Assembly (NCBI GenBank): GCA_965279515.1
Contig: CBDIID010000003.1
Location: 4,480,001-4,544,000 of the forward strand
DNA from: Turneriella sp.
Lineage (GTDB): Bacteria; Spirochaetota; Leptospiria; Turneriellales; Turneriellaceae
Reading direction: 5' to 3'
DNA: 64,000 nucleotides
The notes under the pieces were generated by a model. That model made no database searches, had not been told where the DNA came from, and saw only the letters and a list, made by a program, of their open reading frames with translations. How positions within the stretch are numbered: the first letter of the stretch is position 1; each line of letters opens with the position of its first letter. Positions 57,236-64,000 of the stretch are shown here, in pieces. Both the position numbers and the translations under genes were made by a program.

Positions 57236-59103
57236 CAGCTTATATAATTCGCGGGTAAGCCGCGTATCCATTCGTCGGTATCGATAGCGATTTGGCGCAC
57301 CGTCTCGGGGTGTGTGATGATGCCGAGATGTCCCTGGCGGTATTCGGCAATCTTGTTTTTAGGTGACTTGCCGGCCAGATGTCCCTGGCGCACGGTGTCG
57401 GGCGGAGCGATCTCGTCGATCGTGCCCACGACCGTGAAGTGGGGAATTTCCAGCTCATTGAGTTCGAGTGTGTAATTGATCTCTTTGTCGGTTGAGGTGA
57501 AATTGTCGCCGTCGATGAGCGAGCGGATAAACTGGCTGATCACGAGCATCGATTCTTCGCAGAAGACATCCTCCATAAAGAAGTACCACTCGGGCGGAGT
57601 GATCTGCTCATAACCGATGAATTCCTTGAGCGTCGGCAGGCGGTACGTGACGTCGAATGACATTGTGCGGATCGACGCCGAGATGTTGTGCAGGAATTTA
57701 AAAAACTTGTTGAGGTCGATGCCGCCGATCGTCGAGGTCAGCGTGAAGTTGATGATGCGCATGAGCGGCTCGGCAAGAATATTACCGGTCAATAACTTCG
57801 CCGAATTGCGGAACATGTTGAACCAGGCCGATTGCGCGGCGATGCGTATGTAAATCGGCGTTGTGATCGAAACGATACCGTCGATGATCGATTCGGGTTT
57901 GATCGCCAGGTCGCCCGAACGCTTCTTGCCATGCCTGTCGTAGGCCGCCGAATAGAAGAGGGGGATCATCCCCCCCATGCTGTGGCCATAGACGATGATC
58001 TTCTTGCCGGGGTGGGCATTTTTCAGCCATTGCAGCGCCGCCGGAAAATCTTCCCAGACATAGTTGTCGACCGACCAGTGGTAGTTATTCAGCCACTTGT
58101 TCGGCAGTGTTTCCTTCGAGCGGCCGCGCACATCGAGCGTAAACACGGCGTAGCCGTGCTCCAGGGCGAGTTCCTTCGCGAGGCGGTCGCAGATCGAGCG
58201 GTTACAGAAAAAACCCGGCAGCATGAGAATAATCCGGTTCTGGCCGTTCTGATGCTCGGGCAGGTAACGTTTGAGACTAATATTATAGCCATTGACCGTG
58301 GGCACGATGTAGTTGGTGTCCTGGCGGTATTTTTCGGTATAGCGGTTCGAATAGAGCACCATCGACTTGATCGGTTTTTCCTGCTCGGGCAGCTGTGTGT
58401 AGACCATGCTCTCGAGGTTCGCCGTCGGGTCGTGCTTTTCGATTTTGCGCCGCGCCGCGAAGGCATCGACGGTATCGGAAAGTTCTTCTGAAATAACAAA
58501 ATCGATCGCGCGGCTAAGCGATATCATCTGCTGCCGTACGTCGCGGCGCTCATCGCCGGTGAACGACTTGCGGTGGATGCCCCACAGCACGCCTACGGGG
58601 CGGCGGTCGATGATGATGGGAATCCCTACCGCATAACGCACACCCTTAGGTGCGAGACGCTTCATGGCCCCGTGCAGACGCTCTTCTGAAGGGATATGCA
58701 GAAATTCAACCATCGGCGGCAGGTCGTGTGCGATGTTGTAGAGCGATTGCCGCATCATCTGTGCCGAGAGATTTTTTTCGTGATTGATCGCCAGGGGCCG
58801 GGTACGGGCGATAAATTTCTTAAAGACATCGACTTTTTTGTTCTCTGCGATCTCTTGCAGATGAAACTGCGACGACGAGGCCGTGACGCGCATCGCCGCG
58901 CCGTCGATCATTTCGAAGACGCTGTATTCAAAACAGTTGCTGAAATCAGGAAAGGTAAACGAGACAACCTTGTTGACGAATGCCGTCTGCACCTGGGAAA
59001 TAAACTCGAAGCGTGTCCGGGGCAAGGAGGGAATGTAGAGATATCCGGGACCAGGTTCATACGACTGGTCGAGGAGCAGCCCAGAGGCCATACCGCGCTT
59101 CAT
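57235..59103 (-). CDS. GAF-like domain fused to alpha/beta hydrolase (start uncertain, 59091-59130)
   Basis: GAF-like YAVGIPIIIDRRPVGVLW; hydrolase GHSMGG, GTIDEIAP, GHLG. Confidence 0.8.
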   Translation of the reverse strand: MKRGMASGLLLDQSYEPGPGYLYIPSLPRTRFEFISQVQTAFVNKVVSFTFPDFSNCFEYSVFEMIDGAAMRVTASSSQFHLQEIAENKKVDVFKKFIARTRPLAINHEKNLSAQMMRQSLYNIAHDLPPMVEFLHIPSEERLHGAMKRLAPKGVRYAVGIPIIIDRRPVGVLWGIHRKSFTGDERRDVRQQMISLSRAIDFVISEELSDTVDAFAARRKIEKHDPTANLESMVYTQLPEQEKPIKSMVLYSNRYTEKYRQDTNYIVPTVNGYNISLKRYLPEHQNGQNRIILMLPGFFCNRSICDRLAKELALEHGYAVFTLDVRGRSKETLPNKWLNNYHWSVDNYVWEDFPAALQWLKNAHPGKKIIVYGHSMGGMIPLFYSAAYDRHGKKRSGDLAIKPESIIDGIVSITTPIYIRIAAQSAWFNMFRNSAKLLTGNILAEPLMRIINFTLTSTIGGIDLNKFFKFLHNISASIRTMSFDVTYRLPTLKEFIGYEQITPPEWYFFMEDVFCEESMLVISQFIRSLIDGDNFTSTDKEINYTLELNELEIPHFTVVGTIDEIAPPDTVRQGHLAGKSPKNKIAEYRQGHLGIITHPETVRQIAIDTDEWIRGLPANYIS

Positions 59104-59229
59104 CGGCCATTTTGGCGCGGCGCATAGCACGGCAAGCCCTAGTAGTGCGCGGCGAAATGTAAAATTATGGGATGGATTTCCTCCTTAAATACACCTTTAC
59201 CATGTGTCTGTTTTTCCTATTTCGCAAAC

Positions 59230-60099
59230 ATGTTTTCTAAGATGAATTCGCTTCTCTTTGTCGTCGCCGCGGTCGGCTATCTGGGCTGCACGAAACGCAT
59301 CGAATCCTGCGGAAAGCAGATCCCCGGCATGGCCTGCATCCCCGCCGGCGAGTTTATCCGGGGTTCGAATGACCACGAGGCGGATGAAAAACCTGCCGAG
59401 AAAGTTTTTGTCAGCGAATTCTTTATGGATCTGCACGAGGTGACGAACAAAGAACTCAACGAATGTTTTGCCGCGGGAAAATGCCGCGACTGCATGAAAA
59501 CCGGGAAATGTAAAGAGATCGGTGCCCGCTACGGTTACCGCTATAAACGCGACGAGCAGCCGGCGAGCGGCATCAGCTGGTTTACAGCAAAAGAATACTG
59601 TGAGTTTCGCGGCAAAAGACTGCCGACCGAAGCCGAATGGGAAAAAGCCGCGCGCGGTCCCGATGGGAACATCTATCCCTGGGGAAATGAGATAGCGGAT
59701 TGCAAGCGTGCGATTATCCAGATCGGCGACGGCAAAAAGGCCATCAAGGGCTGCTTCGCCAAACGTCTCGACCCCGAATGGCATATGCACACCGCGCCCG
59801 TGATGTCACGCCCCGCGGGTGCCTATGGCCTCTACGATATGGCGGGCAATGTGCATGAATGGGTTAATGACTGGTATGAAGAGAATTATACAAAATGCGG
59901 CGACAAATGCCGCGGTCGCGATCCCAAAGGCCCCTGTGATGGCGCGGATGTCTGCCCCGGTTACCGCATGCGCAGCGTGCGCGGCGGCTCATGGTGGTGG
60001 ACAGCCACCTATGCGCGGGGCTCTAAGCGCAGGGCAAATCCCCCTGGCAATTTCCCGGCTGTGGATTACCACCACTTCGGCTTTCGTTGTGCGCAATGA
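59230..60099 (+). CDS. FGE-sulfatase (SUMF1) domain lipoprotein
   Basis: IPAGEF..GS, HEVTN, RLPTEAEWEKAARG, GLYDMAGNVHEW, RGGSW, GFRCA. Confidence 0.92.
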   Translation: MFSKMNSLLFVVAAVGYLGCTKRIESCGKQIPGMACIPAGEFIRGSNDHEADEKPAEKVFVSEFFMDLHEVTNKELNECFAAGKCRDCMKTGKCKEIGARYGYRYKRDEQPASGISWFTAKEYCEFRGKRLPTEAEWEKAARGPDGNIYPWGNEIADCKRAIIQIGDGKKAIKGCFAKRLDPEWHMHTAPVMSRPAGAYGLYDMAGNVHEWVNDWYEENYTKCGDKCRGRDPKGPCDGADVCPGYRMRSVRGGSWWWTATYARGSKRRANPPGNFPAVDYHHFGFRCAQ

Positions 60100-60169
60100 C
60101 ATCTGGCGCGTATCCGGATTGACGCCGCATAGAAAGGGCGAATACTGCCCGACGAACACATGATTATTT

Positions 60170-60850
60170 ATGCAGCAAAGGCCTAATTATATCCCACCCA
60201 GAAAACCACCGGGCGACGGTGGTGGCGGAGGGGGCGGCGGCCGGTTTAACCGATTCTCCAAACTTCGAAGACCTACACGCGAACACCGTATCAATGACGA
60301 TATTACCGAGCCGCAGGTTCGTATTATCGGCGAGAAGGGCGCAGAGATCTTATCGACGCGCGACGCACTGGCGCGGGCCAAAGCACAGGGCGTTGATCTT
60401 GTAGAGATCACCAAAGGGCAAGAAGTTCCCATTGTCCGCCTCGTGGACTACGGTAAGTTCAAATTCGAAAAAGCCAAAAAAGAGAAAGAAGCCAAGAAAA
60501 AGCAAAAGGTCATCCAGATCAAAGAGATCAAGATGGGGCCGAAGATCGATGTCGGCGACTTTGACAGAAAAGCCAAAGAAGCGATCGGCTTTCTCAACGA
60601 AGGCGACAACGTTAAGATCACGATGAAATTCCGCGGCCGTGAAATGCAGCATACTGCTCTCGGCGCAGAGAAGTTAACGGAATTCTATACAAAAGTTGCT
60701 GAAGCGGCACACATGGATAAGAAGCCCAACCTCGAAGGCCGCATGATGAGCATGACGCTGCGCAGCAAGGGTGCGAAACCCAAGCCAGCAGCTGCGCCTG
60801 CAGCCGCACCAGCGACGAACGAAGCTGCCCCAACAGCCGCTCAGCCTTAA
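60170..60850 (+). CDS. infC: Translation initiation factor IF-3
   Basis: RINDDI, DLVEI, DYGKFKFE, KEIKMGPKI, FRGRE. Confidence 0.97.
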   Translation: MQQRPNYIPPRKPPGDGGGGGGGGRFNRFSKLRRPTREHRINDDITEPQVRIIGEKGAEILSTRDALARAKAQGVDLVEITKGQEVPIVRLVDYGKFKFEKAKKEKEAKKKQKVIQIKEIKMGPKIDVGDFDRKAKEAIGFLNEGDNVKITMKFRGREMQHTALGAEKLTEFYTKVAEAAHMDKKPNLEGRMMSMTLRSKGAKPKPAAAPAAAPATNEAAPTAAQP

Positions 60851-60853
60851 ATC

Positions 60854-60883
60854 CTTTGCCCCGGAATTAATTCCGGGGCAAAG
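60854..60883. terminator. Perfect 30-bp palindrome between convergent genes
   Basis: CTTTGCCCCGGAATT-AATTCCGGGGCAAAG. Confidence 0.75.
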
Positions 60884-61685
60884 TTCGGGATAATTCAGCC
60901 AGTTCCGCGTCCGTAAATCCGGCTTTTTTACGCGCTTCGAAATTCAAATTCTTCTTTGTTAGCTTCGTGCCGGGGATAGCCCGCTGCACATCGTCAGCGA
61001 AAACGTCGGGCATCACTCCATCCACTGCGCAGGCATAGCGGAACCAGAAGTCGCCGGCGGCGACGTGGCCGATCTCATCGTCAAAAATAATCTTCAGCGC
61101 CGCGCGTATTTTGGCCGCCATCGGGTCGGTAAAAGTCTCGAACTTACGCGCCAGGTCAGGGTGGGCGTCGAGGCCATTGGCTTCGAGATGGCGGTGCGTC
61201 GCCGCCATGCGCCGGCGGAGCGAATCTTCAGAGCGCACCATGGCGTCGTGAATGCCGGTATGTACCGTGAGTGCGCCGTACCTGCTGCCGAGCTCGCCGA
61301 GCAGCTCATTCAGCATGGCGAAATGCCGCGCCTCATCGAGGGCGACGCGAAACCAATCTTCATAGAATTGCGGCGGCAGGCCGCGAAACCGGTACGCCGA
61401 ATCGAGCGCGAGGTCGATCGCCGAATATTCGATGTGCGCCAAAGCATGCACGAAAATAATCCGGCCTTCTGTGCCACCGAGGTTGCGGCGCTTTTCGACC
61501 TGTGAGCCGTGTACAATTTTGCAGATTTTTGCAAACGAAGGTTCGCCCGCGGGGGCAACGGCTGCGCCGGCGTCGAAAGCAACCGCGCGCTGAGACAGGG
61601 CCGCATCGAGGCCGGCGAGCGCGGTGAGTTTCCGGGGGATATCCCACTCATTGCGGATGGCTTGTAGTGCTGAGAAAAACTCCAT
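60867..61685 (-). CDS. Ferritin-like DUF455 protein
   Basis: HALAHIEYSAIDLALD, DEARHF, EANGLD, DEIGHV..G..WF. Confidence 0.92.
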   Translation of the reverse strand: MEFFSALQAIRNEWDIPRKLTALAGLDAALSQRAVAFDAGAAVAPAGEPSFAKICKIVHGSQVEKRRNLGGTEGRIIFVHALAHIEYSAIDLALDSAYRFRGLPPQFYEDWFRVALDEARHFAMLNELLGELGSRYGALTVHTGIHDAMVRSEDSLRRRMAATHRHLEANGLDAHPDLARKFETFTDPMAAKIRAALKIIFDDEIGHVAAGDFWFRYACAVDGVMPDVFADDVQRAIPGTKLTKKNLNFEARKKAGFTDAELAELSRTLPRN

Positions 61686-61734
61686 GGCATTAAACGCTTT
61701 TACAATCTGCAACGGTGATGGAAACCGCCAGTCA

Positions 61735-62985
61735 ATGAGTAAAGGAGTCAGACTTTGTATCACCGGCAGCGAAGTCATGAACGGCTTTGTCCTCGATAAA
61801 AACACGCAGTTTTTCGCCAGCGAACTCTATGCATTGGGTTATGAACTCAGGGAAAGCCGGGTACTGCACGATGACCGCGAGCAGATTCTGCGCACTTGGC
61901 GCGAATACCGCGAGACCGGCGACATCATCATCAATTCGGGTGGGCTGGGCCCAACCAGCGACGACCTGACAGTCGACCTGCTCTGCGAGTGGCTCGGCGA
62001 TACGCCGGTCTATGAAAAACATGCCGAACGGCGCACGCGGTTCTTTTTTGAGAAAAGAGCGCGTGACCAGACGCGCGCTATGTCGATTGATGTTGCTTTG
62101 CGCCAGGCACGTATTCCCTCGCGCGCGCGCGCGATTAAGAATCCTGTCGGCCTTGCTCCAGGCATTTTCATTCCCGAAATTCCTTTTATAGCGTTGCCGG
62201 GTTTTCCCGACGAGATCAAGGGCATGTGGGCCGAGACGCTCAGCCTCATCGAAGCGCAGGGCGTCAGCCGCGCCGCGACGAAAATTATTCCTGTGTGGGG
62301 CGTGGGGGAGAGCCAGCTATTCGGTGACCTGCCGCAAACCGAGGGTGTCACCGTCGGCGTCCATGCGCTGCCGTGGGGCTGCCGTTTGTTTCTGCGCACG
62401 GCGCCCGAGACCGCTGGCAAGCTGAACGGTATCGCAGATTTTATCAACGAGAAATATCCCGGCCAGGTGGTCGACGCACCGCTTGTGGAAATTCTGGAAT
62501 ATTTAAAGAAGGAAAAACTTTCGATTGCGGTGGCCGAGAGCTGTACCGGCGGTCTGGCCGCGAAGCAGATCACCGATATTCCCGGCGTTTCCGCAGTTTT
62601 TAAGGGTGGCGTGGTGACGTATGCAAATGAGGCCAAGACGGCACTTGTCGGCGTCAGCGAAGACATTTTAAAGCAGCATGGCGCCGTGAGTTATGAATGC
62701 GCCGCGGCGATGGCAAAGGGTGCGGCGCGTGCCTTGTCGGCCGAAATCGCGCTGTCTTTTACCGGCGTTGCCGGCCCCGATGGCGGCACAGAGACCAAAC
62801 CCGTGGGCACTGTCTTTATCGGCATGCACGATGCACGCAGTGGGATAACCCGCGTCGGCAAATTCCTGTTTCCGTTCGGTCGCGAGCGTTTCCGCAATGC
62901 CACGGTGGCCTGCGCCTACCTGGCGCTCTGGCAGTCGTTGACCCAGGGAGAGGGGCAGCTGTGGCCGTTCCGCCAGTTTCAGTGA
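61735..62985 (+). CDS. cinA: CinA-family protein (molybdopterin-binding-like + NMN deamidase domain)
   Basis: GGLGPTSDDLT, NPVGLAPG, AESCTGG, HGAVS, TGVAGP.GG...KPVGTV. Confidence 0.93.
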   Translation: MSKGVRLCITGSEVMNGFVLDKNTQFFASELYALGYELRESRVLHDDREQILRTWREYRETGDIIINSGGLGPTSDDLTVDLLCEWLGDTPVYEKHAERRTRFFFEKRARDQTRAMSIDVALRQARIPSRARAIKNPVGLAPGIFIPEIPFIALPGFPDEIKGMWAETLSLIEAQGVSRAATKIIPVWGVGESQLFGDLPQTEGVTVGVHALPWGCRLFLRTAPETAGKLNGIADFINEKYPGQVVDAPLVEILEYLKKEKLSIAVAESCTGGLAAKQITDIPGVSAVFKGGVVTYANEAKTALVGVSEDILKQHGAVSYECAAAMAKGAARALSAEIALSFTGVAGPDGGTETKPVGTVFIGMHDARSGITRVGKFLFPFGRERFRNATVACAYLALWQSLTQGEGQLWPFRQFQ

Positions 62986-63101
62986 GGGGTATCCTAAAGA
63001 GAGAACAAATGTTCACCAAGTGACACATTTGTCATTAATTTAGCCTTTTTTGGCACAAAGCAAGCGTCGTGCCGCATATAACTATGGGGTAATCCCGTTA
63101 C

Positions 63102-63938
63102 ATGCGCCCGAATTGTGTACATAAGTTTCTTCACTGGGTAAAAGCGCCCATTTTAGCGTTACTAATCCTGTATTCGCTCCATCCACTCCATGTGTTTGCG
63201 CAAGGTGCTGACAGCTTTTTCGACGATGAATTGCCCGAAGAAAAAAAGAATTCGGGTGATTTGAAATCGAAGCCCGTCGAGCTCAAGGGCGAAGACGAAG
63301 AAGAAAGAAAAAAGGCCCTGCAAAAGACGAATGAGAAGGGCGAAGTTATTTTGCCGAAAGAAAAACCCAAGGCCGATGGCCCGACAGACCAGGTCGCTCC
63401 GCTCTCGGCGCGCCCCAGGGAAACCATTCTCGACAATTCCCGTTTTTCTCTCGCCGGTGATTATTTTCTGAACGTCGGCCGCAGCACTGCAACATTGCCT
63501 TCGGGCTGGGGTGCATTCCTGGCTTACGATGCCGATGAATCGAAGGGCAGGGGTTTTGACCTGCGCTTCGAGGGCGGCTTTTTGAACATTGCCAAGGGTG
63601 CTTCATCCATCACGGGCGGTTATCTCGAAGCCGGTCCGACATGGATCTTCCGCCTGCCGCGTATGCCGATGCAGTTCATGACGGCGATTTTGCCGGGTCT
63701 GGGTTTTTATTCGTTCAAGGATTCCACGGGGCAGGCGAGTGCGCTTAAATTTACCGCGCACATTGCACTCGGTGTGGAGTTTCCGATGTCGATGAAACGC
63801 AGCGACCGCACCGATGAGTTTGTGCCTTTTCTGCAGGTGCGCAGCGGCATTATTTATGATACGCAATTACCCATTGTTCACTACGGAGTTTATGGTGGTG
63901 TGGCTTACAAATTCGGTCAGGTGATTTTCAAATACTGA
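63102..63938 (+). CDS. Putative outer-membrane beta-barrel protein with acidic N-terminal linker
   Basis: Signal peptide, charged linker, alternating strands ending GVAYKFG. Confidence 0.6.
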   Translation: MRPNCVHKFLHWVKAPILALLILYSLHPLHVFAQGADSFFDDELPEEKKNSGDLKSKPVELKGEDEEERKKALQKTNEKGEVILPKEKPKADGPTDQVAPLSARPRETILDNSRFSLAGDYFLNVGRSTATLPSGWGAFLAYDADESKGRGFDLRFEGGFLNIAKGASSITGGYLEAGPTWIFRLPRMPMQFMTAILPGLGFYSFKDSTGQASALKFTAHIALGVEFPMSMKRSDRTDEFVPFLQVRSGIIYDTQLPIVHYGVYGGVAYKFGQVIFKY

Positions 63939-63947
63939 GAGAAAAAT

Positions 63948-64000
63948 ATGGCAAAAAACAGACAACTAACCTTACTTGCAGCGGCGGCACTTCTGGTGCT
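63948..64000 (+). CDS. Start of an exported protein (truncated by window edge)
   Basis: MAKNRQLTLLAAAALLV signal-peptide-like start. Confidence 0.55.
   Translation, partial: MAKNRQLTLLAAAALLV

Noticed and set aside
61624..61805. Apparent overlap of DUF455 and cinA ORFs
   Set aside because: Disappears when starts are set at 61685 and 61735

Overview
Bacterial chromosomal segment with dense, mostly housekeeping and lipid-metabolism genes. A LipL31-like lipoprotein, a DUF1564-like ORF, spirochaetal lipoproteins, the GlnA type and scattered his genes suggest a Leptospiraceae spirochaete, probably Turneriella-like (inference). About 70 CDS are recognisable, including coaE, argF, ccr, scoAB, rsmG-parA-parB, hisC/F/G, corA, glnA, dut, rnj, kdsA, rpmF, infC and cinA. 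I saw no rRNA, tRNA, CRISPR array, transposase or integrase. Main observations: (1) a family of multi-hairpin palindromic elements with compensatory base changes, one copy inserted in-frame inside rsmG (27220-27363) and a related inverted copy intergenic at 47573-47732; (2) a planctomycete-type DUF1549/DUF1553 + DUF1501 + YceI cassette bounded by a 47-bp direct repeat that includes start codons; (3) ethylmalonyl-CoA pathway signature genes; (4) a standalone CHAT protease next to a SirB1-like gene; (5) many apparently leaderless promoters with degenerate -10 elements. Family assignments come from motif recognition by eye, not database searches.
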